Source: Tolypothrix carrinoi HA7290-LM1 (GTDB lineage Bacteria > Cyanobacteriota > Cyanobacteriia > Cyanobacteriales > Nostocaceae). Taken from it: DNA of 64,000 nt. The stretch spans positions 1 through 64,000 of the forward strand of contig JAHHIK010000009.1 in assembly GCA_019358935.1 (NCBI GenBank), given 5' to 3'. The notes under the pieces are model-generated. The model ran no database searches. It had not been told where the DNA came from and was given only the letters and a program-made list of their open reading frames with translations. The position numbers were made by a program, and so were the translations under genes. This document shows, one piece after another, positions 33,380 to 43,123 of this stretch; position 1 is the first letter of the stretch; every line of letters starts with the position of its first letter.

Positions 33380-33675
33380 AGAGCATCTCCTTAGTTCTGG
33401 GTACAGTGTTGCTCGCACTCGTCACGCCCGTCGGCGAGGAACTGCTCTTCCGAGGTGTCATCACTAATGCACTGCTACGCTACGGTCCGTTCATCGGGGT
33501 CGTGGGCAGCACCCTGATCTTCGCCCTCATGCACGGCTTCAACACCGTCTTCCCCGCCGCCTTGGTGGTCGGTCTCGTCACCGCCGAGGTGTACCGCCGC
33601 AACGGATCGGTCTGGCCCGCCGTTGTCGTCAACCTGCCCACAATCCCCGTGATGGTGCTCGCTGGCACGGGCTGA
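33380..33675 (+). pseudogene. CPBP (CAAX) intramembrane protease C-terminal fragment, GC-rich
   Basis: PVGEELLFRG, FALMH; no N-terminus and the usual final His motif is missing. Confidence 0.75.
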
Positions 33676-33880
33676 TATGACGGATCGGAGTTTGATTTTG
33701 TGCTGAAGGTCGATATTAATTGAAATCATTGAGAGTGCCTGGGGAGATTTTCCATCCTCCTACCGTTTAGTCATCAGCCAACCTCAGAACATTGTGTATG
33801 TAGCCTGCCCGACTGACTTTGCTCCTGAGTTGAATTACATGCGAAATATCGAGGCAATTCAATGTAAGCGTTTTTCCATA

Positions 33881-34000
33881 TTTTAGAGAGCGATTGACGT
33901 GACGATTCAAAAACTTTTAAAAACTTGCCACCAAATTTTAGAGAGCGACTGACGCGACAATTGAAAACCGTTTAAAAACTTTCCACCAACTTTTAGAGAG
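33881..34000 (+). repeat. 55-bp tandem repeat, two units plus a partial third
   Basis: TTTTAGAGAG starts at 33881, 33936 and 33991; units share TGACG and TTTAAAAACTT.CCACCAA. Confidence 0.85.
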
Positions 34001-34169
34001 GGAGTGCCAATTTAGTTTGTGAATAAGTGTGTAAAGGAGCTCTTTCTCACCGGGGGAACTGATGTAATTTGGTTCTGGGTTACCTGACATATAGTTGAAG
34101 CAAGCTGGATATCCGCTTTCAACGTACATATAAATGATGCGACATCTGGTTCCGTTGAATGCAGCACAA

Positions 34170-34310
34170 TTACCGCTTCGGTGGTTTGGATGAGTCGTAT
34201 TGGTACTGTTTGCATTCTTTACCGCCACTGGTGTCGCTGTAGTGAATTGGATCTACAGTGCAAGGGAGATATTTGTTGGAGGTGAAGTAGGAGCAAGTTT
34301 GGCAGGACAT
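34170..34310 (-). CDS. 46-aa Cys-rich protein, DUF6464-like (below ORF-track cutoff)
   Basis: MSCQTCSYFTSNKYLPCTVDPIHYSDTSGGKECKQYQYDSSKPPKR; preceded by the backbone upstream motif. Confidence 0.6.
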   Translation of the reverse strand: MSCQTCSYFTSNKYLPCTVDPIHYSDTSGGKECKQYQYDSSKPPKR

Positions 34311-34419
34311 AGTTTTTGAATGAGTTGTTAATTCAGTTTCGCGGAGCGCGATTGTAAAACTGCCTGAATGTCAACTAAATTTTCAGTGAGCTTAAGCGTG
34401 ATTTTGCCAGTGTAGTATA

Positions 34420-34887
34420 TTAACCATCTTTGTATTTTTTAGTTGATATGTTGTTTAATAAACCCGCGATATCTTCGGCATTAAACTTGTGTTTATTTTT
34501 AAGGTAATTAGGATATGTGGGTTTAATTAATTCTGGAGGACACATTTCTTCAGCCCGTCTAGATATTTCTTTAATAAGTTGATTTGTTGTACATTTTCTT
34601 AACTGAAACATTCTCTCTTTAATACTTTCAATGTCAGTATTGTCCCATATAATGATTATTTCCCCACCTAGCGCCTTGATAACATTTTCGACTGTTTTTA
34701 ACTTAGACCTTTCAGGTTCTTCAAAAAATTTGCCAATTGCTGAATGATATCTTGTTGCTGGGCTATTTTCTTCTCCAGTAATCTCTGCATATTTCTTGGC
34801 TAATTTGTATAGCGTCCATCCTAAATCTTCAAGCCTGAGTTCGAGTAATTCTTTCCACCCAATATTGCTATTAAATCTAAACCACAT
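34420..34887 (-). CDS. XRE/HTH-like DNA-binding protein
   Basis: LEDLGWTLYKLAKKY..KLKTVENVIKALGGEIII; divergent from parM. Confidence 0.7.
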   Translation of the reverse strand: MWFRFNSNIGWKELLELRLEDLGWTLYKLAKKYAEITGEENSPATRYHSAIGKFFEEPERSKLKTVENVIKALGGEIIIIWDNTDIESIKERMFQLRKCTTNQLIKEISRRAEEMCPPELIKPTYPNYLKNKHKFNAEDIAGLLNNISTKKYKDG

Positions 34888-35066
34888 AATTAATTGCCAT
34901 GCGTTTGTTCAGGGGGAAAGGAGCATAGCTAGAGTGGTAGTTTATGTTATTACAATATCTTAATAAAAAATAGGGTTTTTGAAATTTGTATGAACTAATC
35001 CCCTCTCATTTACGTGTGAGTTAGATTGGTTGTTACAAAATCATTCGTTAATAAAAAATTTCATAT

Positions 35067-36323
35067 ATGGCTAAAACTAGCGATAAAGCTCAACCTGAGA
35101 AAATTGTTTTAACTTTAGACATGGGCGGAAGCAAGACTAAGGCGATTGTACAGGAATATCCGGAAGGAAAGCCGCAAGTTTTGTTGATGGACTCTGAAGT
35201 TGCTGATGTGGCGAAGGCTTCGGTTGAGAATATACAACCAGAAGGGCTGCCTGAATCTCGTACTTGGGTAGGTGTGGGTGGAGAATACTATGTACTGGGT
35301 ACACTTGCTCGGCACCAGTTTCGGGGAATATCGCAATTGAAGGAACTTAAGTACGAACTGGCAGTACCCAAGGTATGTGGGGCAATTTGGTTGGCGAAAG
35401 AGAAATTGGGACTGGGGAATAATGTTTCTGTTTATTTGAATATTTTGCTGCCACCAGGGGAAACTCAAGACAAGGTTCAGTTGGAAACTCGATTGAAGGA
35501 GGTTTTTACAGGATTTGAAACTCCAGCGGGTAAGATGCGGGTGAAGATGGCTTATTATAACGTGGCATCTGAAGGAAGCGGTATATTCTTTTATCGCAGA
35601 CGCACCTTGGGGGGTACTATACCTACCTCGATGTTTGTGATGGTGGGTTATCGCAATGCGAGCGCTTTTATTGTTCGAGATGGTGTTCCCAGTCGGGGAA
35701 TTACTAGCGATTTGGGTATGTCTTGGCTTGTCAACAATTTTGTTGACAAAACATCAGGACTAAGTCCTGATGATACTAGTATTGTTGAGGTTTTGGTTGA
35801 GGCGGGTGCAAGTTGTGACTCCCAGGTGTTACAAAAACTTTCTCGCAAGCGCAAACCTGATGAGATCAAGGCTGATGGGGAGTCTATGTCTAAGGCTTTA
35901 TTGCTTGCTAGGGATGAGTACTGGCGGGCAATGGCGAGGTGGTTGCGCTCCAGAATAGAGGATGATGTGTGCGAGTTGATATTTTGTGGGGGTACAGCTG
36001 ATTACATCCGCCTTGAGATTGATGCTTATTTTAAGAAACAAGGTATTCCAATATCTTGGCACGCCGACATTGCGATTCCAGATATAGCCAGTAGCCTGGG
36101 CAATCGCATGACAGATGTAATTGCTCTGCACGAGCACATAGTGTTGGAATTGGATAGGTTAACTCATTACGAGCGCTCTCAATCTTTGTTTGATGCTCCT
36201 ACGGTTAAACCTTCCTCGGTTGCTGATATTGAGGTGAAAGCTAATACCCCTACTAAGTTTGTTCCCAATTATACTCCCCGCCCTGTCCCCAAGGAGTTTC
36301 TCACGATGAGCGATAAGATTTAG
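35067..36323 (+). CDS. parM: ParM/StbA-family actin-like ATPase
   Basis: DMGGSKTK phosphate-1, SEGSG, MVGYRNAS, FCGGTA. Confidence 0.88.
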   Translation: MAKTSDKAQPEKIVLTLDMGGSKTKAIVQEYPEGKPQVLLMDSEVADVAKASVENIQPEGLPESRTWVGVGGEYYVLGTLARHQFRGISQLKELKYELAVPKVCGAIWLAKEKLGLGNNVSVYLNILLPPGETQDKVQLETRLKEVFTGFETPAGKMRVKMAYYNVASEGSGIFFYRRRTLGGTIPTSMFVMVGYRNASAFIVRDGVPSRGITSDLGMSWLVNNFVDKTSGLSPDDTSIVEVLVEAGASCDSQVLQKLSRKRKPDEIKADGESMSKALLLARDEYWRAMARWLRSRIEDDVCELIFCGGTADYIRLEIDAYFKKQGIPISWHADIAIPDIASSLGNRMTDVIALHEHIVLELDRLTHYERSQSLFDAPTVKPSSVADIEVKANTPTKFVPNYTPRPVPKEFLTMSDKI

Positions 36324-36445
36324 CCTATGCCAGCGTGGATGTACAGTAGTTTGAGATACTGTTTCTGTTGCAAAAGTTGAGCGATCGCTCTTGAATCTGT
36401 TGAAAAACAAACAGCCAGGATGTTATCCCGACTGTTTGTTATTTG

Positions 36446-36823
36446 TTAGAATGGTATTTCTTGTTCTACCAGTTCAGCTTCAGCATATTGCTTTTGCCGC
36501 TGTTCCCGGCGTTGCCAAGATTTCTTGTTGTACAGTAAAAGTTCTTCCATTCCCAAGTTGAACTTCTCTTTAGCAAAAGCTAGAAGCTGTTCGATGGTGT
36601 ATCGTTTATCTTCTGCTTTGCCAAAGGTGAGTTCAAACTGGATTTTGAATGCATCTTTGTCGAATGCTTCGCCTAACATCCGCTTTGATTCGAGATAGTG
36701 GATGTCTTTAATGCTGTAGAATATCGCATTATATTTGCGTTCATCAAAAGCATTAATTTGGAATTCACCCATTAAGGAATCGTCGATTATGGAAAGCTGA
36801 GTTTTGGTCGATTTAGTAGGCAT
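36446..36823 (-). CDS. Hypothetical protein, paralog of 36926-37282; ends EQEIPF
   Basis: ATG at 36823 with AGGAG RBS. Confidence 0.8.
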   Translation of the reverse strand: MPTKSTKTQLSIIDDSLMGEFQINAFDERKYNAIFYSIKDIHYLESKRMLGEAFDKDAFKIQFELTFGKAEDKRYTIEQLLAFAKEKFNLGMEELLLYNKKSWQRREQRQKQYAEAELVEQEIPF

Positions 36824-36883
36824 ATTTATCTCCTGTTGAATGTTTTTTCTGTATTTATTGTGCGAATGCACCTGTAAAAAAAG

Positions 36884-36917
36884 GAAATCTCACTCAAATC
36901 ACGAGTGAGATTTCTTT
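36884..36917 (-). terminator. Intrinsic terminator-like hairpin
   Basis: GAAATCTCACTC-loop-GAGTGAGATTTC followed by a T run on the minus strand. Confidence 0.7.
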
Positions 36918-36925
36918 TAGATTGA

Positions 36926-37282
36926 CTAGATAACTTCTGGTTGATTGGCAAGATATTTCTCTCGACGCTGCCAGGTTTTGCGGTTGACTTCAAGAAGTTC
37001 TTCTAACCCCTTGTTGAAACGGTCGATTGAGAATTGAATCATCTGTTCAACCGTGTACTTGGGTTGTTCAACTGTGCCGAAGGTTTCCTGGAACTTTGCT
37101 TTGAATTCCTCCCATTCAGCCTTTTTCCACTTTGTACCAGACTTAGCCTCAGAGGATTTTCCATAAACTTCCTGTAGTCCGTAGTAGACTGCCTTGAGCT
37201 TGCTTTCTTGATATGATCGGAGTTGGTAAATACCCATTGTAGAATCATTAATTTTGACAAGCTTGTTGGTTTTAGTAGCCAT
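36926..37282 (-). CDS. Hypothetical protein, paralog of 36446-36823
   Basis: Shares DS.MG..Q, F..TFG..E..YT.EQ and EELL..N.K.WQRRE. Confidence 0.8.
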   Translation of the reverse strand: MATKTNKLVKINDSTMGIYQLRSYQESKLKAVYYGLQEVYGKSSEAKSGTKWKKAEWEEFKAKFQETFGTVEQPKYTVEQMIQFSIDRFNKGLEELLEVNRKTWQRREKYLANQPEVI

Positions 37283-37644
37283 AGTTATATCTCCACAAGT
37301 ATGAGTTATTTTTATTCATAATTTATCGGCGAACGCCGCTGCAAAAAATAAACGTATGAGTTATTTTTTTTCCTGTTAGTAATCTTCTTTATTTTGCGTA
37401 GCAGCTACTTGGGACGTGGATTTTTCCGGCTATGTAGTTTATAAAGACAGCTTCAGCTAAATATTTAAGTGCCTAAAGCCTTTACTTAGAAAGTTTTTAC
37501 TTTGCTTAAGAATGTAATTATGATGTTCTCCAACTTTAGTTGTACTTAATTACTAAATATTTGTTTGTTGTGGAAATTTCGGTATGTAAGTGAAGATAAA
37601 AACTTGATTGTAATTTATCTTTTTTACACGAGGAACTTGCATCT

Positions 37645-38244
37645 ATGTTGGCTTTAAAGCAAGAATTTTTTTCCAGCTATACGGCGGTTACACTTAACGA
37701 AGACACTTCTCCAACGCACAGTTTTCGCAATATAAACTGGGGAATGGGCCAGATTTATTTTGCCGATTCTGGTAATTATCAACCATTAGAAGTGAAAACC
37801 ATCTACTATAAGAATTCACCTATCCGCGTTGTCATAACTCCCGACGGTTTAGAGTGGGTTGCGCTTGATATTTTGCGTGCTTTGTTTTCTTCGGATCGGT
37901 TGTGCAATTATTACTGGGCATTGCAAACCTTGCCTATAATTTTTCGTCCAAAGCGATTAATTAAATCTTCAGGAGTAATTCAGTCCGAGGAAAATATGTC
38001 TAATGCTCTATTGAAGATAAAACACACGCTTCGTGTTGATGAAATTCATTGTTCAAAAATGCAGAATGAAGCATCTTTCAGAACAGTTATTCTTCACGAA
38101 GTTTTATTTAGCTGGCTATCTAAATATCTGAGCGATGAATCAATTTATGAATTTTGCGACTGGTTTTCCAACCACACCCAATTAGTGGATATGGGTTGTG
38201 AACGCCAGTATCAACCAGAAGTAATTGCATATTTCGCCGCTTAG
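37645..38244 (+). CDS. Bro-N-like DNA-binding protein
   Basis: YKNSPIRVVITPDGLEWVALDILRAL..EFCDWF. Confidence 0.6.
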   Translation: MLALKQEFFSSYTAVTLNEDTSPTHSFRNINWGMGQIYFADSGNYQPLEVKTIYYKNSPIRVVITPDGLEWVALDILRALFSSDRLCNYYWALQTLPIIFRPKRLIKSSGVIQSEENMSNALLKIKHTLRVDEIHCSKMQNEASFRTVILHEVLFSWLSKYLSDESIYEFCDWFSNHTQLVDMGCERQYQPEVIAYFAA

Positions 38245-38767
38245 TATACACAGATGCACGACTACTATAATTCTGATGAGTTGCTCGTTTCCCAGTTGAA
38301 GCGTCAATGCAACTTTTGGGTTGATTCGCTCTTATTTGCGGCATTCTTATATCGCAATTGAACTTTTCTCTTGCCCGATTTATGAAACAGGTAAAGCGTG
38401 GGATAAAGGCTACTGTTTGGGATATGTCATTTATGCGTTACCTGGGGACTTAACCTATCTTAAGATCCGTGAAGATATTCTTTATCGCGTAGCCCATAGC
38501 TTATCTAGATTTTTTTATGCATAGTAGATGATGCTTGCCCTTATCAGGTTGTTAATGTAGTTAGTCAAGCGCGTATGATGAATGTTCATCCCATGAATCA
38601 AGCTCTATTTTTAGAGTATTGTTTGCAACTTGATTCCTCTCAATCAAAAGTCTTATAAACAATTGCAGCACTCAATCATTAGTATCTATCGGGTGCAGTG
38701 TGTTTCCAGAAGGAGAGGGGGGTAAAGATAAATATGCAACCCCCACTTTTGTTTATAATTAGCGCCT

Positions 38768-39748
38768 CTAAATCGTTTCTTTTTCTGCTTCGATCTCATT
38801 TGAAGGCTGCATTAAATCCAGAAGCTGTTTTAATAATTTATCAACTTTATTTAACCTTTTTTTATCTTCTAAAAGGGTTTTATCTTTCATTATCAACGAT
38901 GAAATTTTTACCATTTGTGCAGCTAATTCTCTTGTAGGCGTTTTTTGTTTTTCTTGTTTGCTAGTTTCCAGGATGCCCCCTACTATCTCTCTTATCTGTG
39001 ATAGGGATAGTTTTTCCTCAATTACCTTTTTTAAACAAGCTTGTCGTTGTGCTAAATCCTTAATTTTGGAGATGGCAGTTGCTTTGGTATATTCCAGTTC
39101 CCCTATGAGGAGTACTTCCTGAATGTCGGCGGGTAATTTGAGTAGGGGTAGGCGGTTAGCTACAAATGATTGCCATGTAATTTTGCCTAATTTAGAGAAA
39201 ATGTCTTGTATGGTAAGTCCTTCCGAACTAACCATAACGTTATGGTTAGAATTTCCCTTAGCTTCGTTATTCATGTCATATAGTAGTGAAACTACCATAT
39301 CTCTGTCAATATCTAGCTCGTTGGCGAGTAGTTCAATAATGCCGATAGTTTCTTCATAAGCGTTGAGGTCTTCTCTTTGTAGGTTTTCGCCCAACCGGAT
39401 GCGGCTTGCAGTTTGGTCATCGCAGTCAATGATATTGACGGGTATTTCTTCTAACCCAATTAAAGCGCAAGCACGAAGGCGGCGTTCGCCAGCCATGAGT
39501 TCGTAAGTGCTGCCTTCTGTAGGTCTGACTGCAATGGGTGCAAGAAGCCCATTTTGTTTGATATCGTTGGCTAGAGATTGTAGTGCTTCGGCATCAAAGT
39601 AGCGTCTTGGTTGGGATGGGGGAAGGATGATTGAATCTATTGGTAGGGTACTAGTGTTTTTGTTATTTGTGTTTTCTTCACTGGCACTACCCAATAAATC
39701 ATCAAGTGCATTTTTGTCGTATCCTTTCAGTTCAATTTGTTTGGTCAT
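38768..39748 (-). CDS. parB: ParB/RepB/Spo0J partition protein
   Basis: QPRRYFD, AGERRLRA, ENLQREDLNAYEE. Confidence 0.95.
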   Translation of the reverse strand: MTKQIELKGYDKNALDDLLGSASEENTNNKNTSTLPIDSIILPPSQPRRYFDAEALQSLANDIKQNGLLAPIAVRPTEGSTYELMAGERRLRACALIGLEEIPVNIIDCDDQTASRIRLGENLQREDLNAYEETIGIIELLANELDIDRDMVVSLLYDMNNEAKGNSNHNVMVSSEGLTIQDIFSKLGKITWQSFVANRLPLLKLPADIQEVLLIGELEYTKATAISKIKDLAQRQACLKKVIEEKLSLSQIREIVGGILETSKQEKQKTPTRELAAQMVKISSLIMKDKTLLEDKKRLNKVDKLLKQLLDLMQPSNEIEAEKETI

Positions 39749-39750
39749 AT

Positions 39751-40527
39751 TTAAAGTTTGACGAGGTAAGAAGCTATTTCTTCTAAGATACTAACTGCGG
39801 GGTGGTTTTTTTTCCACAGAGCAAGTGGAAGATGTGCTTGTGATGCGCTTGGAAAATCTATTGATTTAGGAATAGGGGTAGTTATGTGGACGCGTCCTGA
39901 CATTTGGTTTTTGATGGCTTCGAGTATACCTGATTGTTGCAGGGTGCGTTTATCGTGCTGGGTTGGTATAAAAGCTGCAATTTGTAAGTCTTTGTGTCCT
40001 CCTTTTTTGAGACGGGCAATTGTTGTTAGTAGTTGTTCTGTGGCTGCATAGCATTTATATTCTGTCTGGACTGGTATCAATATATGGGTAGCAGCAAGCA
40101 GGCTCATAATGCTTAAATAGCCCAGTGAGGGAGGGCAATCTATCAAGATGTAATCGTATTTATCGGCTATTGGTTCGAGTATAAATTTTAGTTTTTGACG
40201 GTTGTCGGTTGTAATATCGCGTCCTAACTCTAGTTCAGCACCAGCTAAAGCATTATTGCTGGGTACAAGATGCATCTTGTGGATGGGTTCGTGCCAAATA
40301 TCTAGGTGTGCGCGTTCGGTGACAGCAGCATATATTGTCTGCTCGGATTTTAGTTCTTTGGGTTCAATCCCCATGAAGGTTGTCAGGCTGGCTTGGGGGT
40401 CCATATCGACAAGCAGGACTTGGTGTTTTTGTGCAAGATGATACCCCAGGTTGTGTACAGTTGTTGTTTTTCCAGCACCGCCTGACTGGTTAAATGCGGC
40501 AATTATCTTGGTCTTTTTGTTGTACAT
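39751..40527 (-). CDS. parA: ParA-family partition ATPase
   Basis: FNQSGGAGKTT, DMDPQASLT, IDCPPSLG. Confidence 0.95.
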   Translation of the reverse strand: MYNKKTKIIAAFNQSGGAGKTTTVHNLGYHLAQKHQVLLVDMDPQASLTTFMGIEPKELKSEQTIYAAVTERAHLDIWHEPIHKMHLVPSNNALAGAELELGRDITTDNRQKLKFILEPIADKYDYILIDCPPSLGYLSIMSLLAATHILIPVQTEYKCYAATEQLLTTIARLKKGGHKDLQIAAFIPTQHDKRTLQQSGILEAIKNQMSGRVHITTPIPKSIDFPSASQAHLPLALWKKNHPAVSILEEIASYLVKL

Positions 40528-40586
40528 AGGTAATTGGGTTCTTAAATATGTAATTGAGTTCTTAAGTAGGTAATTGGGTTCAAAAT
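40527..40586. promoter_or_regulatory. Three 20-bp tandem repeats directly upstream of parA (candidate operator or parS)
   Basis: TAGGTAATTGGGTTCTTAAA / TATGTAATTGAGTTCTTAAG / TAGGTAATTGGGTTCAAAAT. Confidence 0.65.
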
Positions 40587-40982
40587 CAACTGTCACACGC
40601 CCTTATAATCCTTACCTTATGGAAGTATTATATTCGCTCTTGTGTTACAGTTTTACAAATAAGAAGCCGTAGATAGGTTAACTCTACTATTTCTGACGGT
40701 TCAATGAGTGCATTTTTGAGGTACAGAAAATTGATAAATCTAGTTTTACTCAAGGTTTGAGATATAGGACGAGTTGTAAATTGTATTAGCCTTGAAGCAA
40801 TACTTTGTCTAAGATGCTCGCCGAAGACAGCGCCCGTCCTGCCATAAGCGATAAGCGAGCAAAGCGCCCGCACTATATAAGTGCAACTCTATCAAACGGT
40901 AATGAAAAAAAGTAAAGAAAATAATGTCAGGATGAGTGTTTAGACTCACACTAACATTATTCTTAAATGAAATCAGAATTTA

Positions 40983-41402
40983 TTAAAATGCCGGCACCTC
41001 GCTTAGTTCCTCATCGCTATCGCTGGAAATATTTTCTTCTAGCAATTCTTGTGCGAAGTCGGGAGTTTCTTCTTTTGTAGATTCAAATTGCACTAATTCC
41101 TGGATAGTTTTTCCAGTTGAGATGAACCCTCTAATTACGAGGCTAGCAACTTTTTCTTTGTAGCCTTCTCGTTCGTTGACTTGTAAGTCGATGTATCCGG
41201 TAGCTATGCCTTGGGAGTTTCCCCCGGAACATTTGATGTCTACGGCTGGGATACCTTTGGCACGGTAGGAAATTTCATCTATTACCGCCCCATCTTTACC
41301 CCGATAGCTAAATTCAGCTATTCCGTAAGTGATTAAACTACCCAATGAGTCGTGGGACTCATTGACGCTTTTGATTACTACTGTTGCGTTGGTTTCAATC
41401 AT
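40983..41402 (-). CDS. Divergent OB-fold SSB/PriB-like protein with acidic tail
   Basis: GYIDLQVNEREGYKEKVASLVI resembles the second cyanobacterial SSB-like family; tail SDSDEELSEVPAF. Confidence 0.55.
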   Translation of the reverse strand: MIETNATVVIKSVNESHDSLGSLITYGIAEFSYRGKDGAVIDEISYRAKGIPAVDIKCSGGNSQGIATGYIDLQVNEREGYKEKVASLVIRGFISTGKTIQELVQFESTKEETPDFAQELLEENISSDSDEELSEVPAF

Positions 41403-41478
41403 GATGTTGTAAAACAATTCACTAAACGAACAATGCCCCAACCGATTGTTCTGGGCTGGGGACTTGACGAAGATATTT

Positions 41479-41862
41479 TTAGTAATTTGCGTTAGCAATG
41501 CTTGCGGTTTGTTTTTCTTCTTTATAGGATTTATCCTCGTTCTTTGGAGAACCTAATAATTCGATTGTTTGAACCGTTACTATTGGTTTAGACCGCATTG
41601 CACCTGAATTTTTGTCTGTCCACCTATCGAATCCAAATTCACCTACTATAGCGATTTGTGTTCCCTTTTTGACGTAATTTGCAATTACCTCGGCGGTTGA
41701 ACCCCAGGCGATAAGGTCGAACCATAATGCATTTTCACTTTTGTAAGGAGGTCTAACTGCAACCGAGATACTTGCTTTTACCGAGCCACTTTCAAAATAA
41801 CGGATTTCCGGGTCTTGACCGCAGCGTCCGACAATTGTGATGCGATTGAGATACTCGCTCAT
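41479..41862 (-). CDS. ssb: Single-stranded DNA-binding protein
   Basis: LNRITIVGRCGQDPEIRYFESG, WFDLIAWG..AEVIANYVKKG. Confidence 0.93.
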   Translation of the reverse strand: MSEYLNRITIVGRCGQDPEIRYFESGSVKASISVAVRPPYKSENALWFDLIAWGSTAEVIANYVKKGTQIAIVGEFGFDRWTDKNSGAMRSKPIVTVQTIELLGSPKNEDKSYKEEKQTASIANANY

Positions 41863-42044
41863 AAAATTTGTTGAAATTTTTAATACTTCAAATCCTTTTT
41901 GCGTAAGCACCTGTCTTGTTTGTGGTTGTTTGCGACTGGATGGGGGATATCCACAATTTTTCTAATATCTGGCTATCTTGTTTATCTATTGGTAGAAAAG
42001 TTATAGATACGGGAAATATATATGTATCGATTTATTAATTATTT

Positions 42045-43034
42045 ATGGAAACATTTAAATTAGAAGTAGATGTAGCACGCTCTTTTAAATCAAGATTTAT
42101 CAAATGTAAGTTAGTCTTGCTTGCTCTAATGTGGATGCAATATGATGAAGACCAACACGGAGATGGAAGTGCTAATTACTCGTCGCCTTTATTTGTAGAC
42201 AATTCCGAATGGTGGGATAGAAATGGTGGTTCCGATGTCGAACATTTTAGAAAGGTATCTAATACAGCTCGAATTGGTGCTTGGGATGAGGTGATGTCAC
42301 TTTGTTTGGTAGACCTTCTTTCTCCCAACCCAACTTGCTTGCATGATGCTTCTTATTCTGCTCTTGTGGCAATTCTCATGCATCTTGTAGATAATGAGCT
42401 TGAGGGAAGATTTATCAACTCTACCGACCAATATTTTGCTCGCAAGATCGCTTATCAAAGCTTAAAAACTTTGGGTGAGAAATATTTTATTGGCACAGAT
42501 AGTTTTTCTCTAACTGGAATTGAGGACGGAGATCCTTTGATGTGGGGGTTGGCGCTACATTATCTTGCGCTTGAGGTTGTAGCTATAGGTGATTTTGGTA
42601 TGGCGAATAGCGATATAGATGAAGAGGGAATTGAAGATTTCCTGGACAATATGGATGATGTTGAAAGGGCTGAGTTTAACATTCAACTTGGGTTTCTGCC
42701 AGATGGTTATTTTCAGGTCTTGCCCTATGTTGAAAAATGGACTGACCGCACCGCAGTTTTATCAAGATTAATCCATAGGATAGTGTATTACATATTTGTT
42801 GGGCATGGGTATGATGCTAATTGCCTTAACGAGATAATGTCGATTCCGTTTAATTCTCGCGTCCCCACTACTTTTCAATCGTTGTTGGTTGCTGCTGTTT
42901 ATCGGGTTGGTTATTTTATAACTAATAGGGGTGTTGAGGAATGGCAGGAAAGTAGAAACTGGTTTTTATGGGAGGCTTTTTCTAATTTATTACCCTTCTA
43001 TAACAGGGGTAGAAAAGATGCTGCGGAATTGTAG
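42045..43034 (+). CDS. Hypothetical acidic protein
   Basis: 329-aa ORF on the strand opposite the operon; hairpin after the stop. Confidence 0.75.
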   Translation: METFKLEVDVARSFKSRFIKCKLVLLALMWMQYDEDQHGDGSANYSSPLFVDNSEWWDRNGGSDVEHFRKVSNTARIGAWDEVMSLCLVDLLSPNPTCLHDASYSALVAILMHLVDNELEGRFINSTDQYFARKIAYQSLKTLGEKYFIGTDSFSLTGIEDGDPLMWGLALHYLALEVVAIGDFGMANSDIDEEGIEDFLDNMDDVERAEFNIQLGFLPDGYFQVLPYVEKWTDRTAVLSRLIHRIVYYIFVGHGYDANCLNEIMSIPFNSRVPTTFQSLLVAAVYRVGYFITNRGVEEWQESRNWFLWEAFSNLLPFYNRGRKDAAEL

Positions 43035-43123
43035 GAAAAAATCAGGTTGGTTTAACCAATCCTGATAATACTTTGCTTGATTTATAGTTGCACAGCTATA
43101 ACTGCATGATAGCTGTTGGTTGT

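Noticed and set aside
33881..34000. Possible CRISPR array (also considered 5782-6172 and 40527-40586)
   Set aside because: Units are contiguous or only two in number, there are no unique spacers of regular length, and no cas genes are present.
38321..38524. 67-aa TTG-start ORF after the Bro-N-like gene
   Set aside because: Weak start and no recognisable family; may be a decayed gene but cannot be supported.
40470..40500. ParA Walker A lacking the signature lysine (NQSGGAGKT)
   Set aside because: NQ[A/S]GG variants are common in cyanobacterial plasmid ParAs; not unusual.
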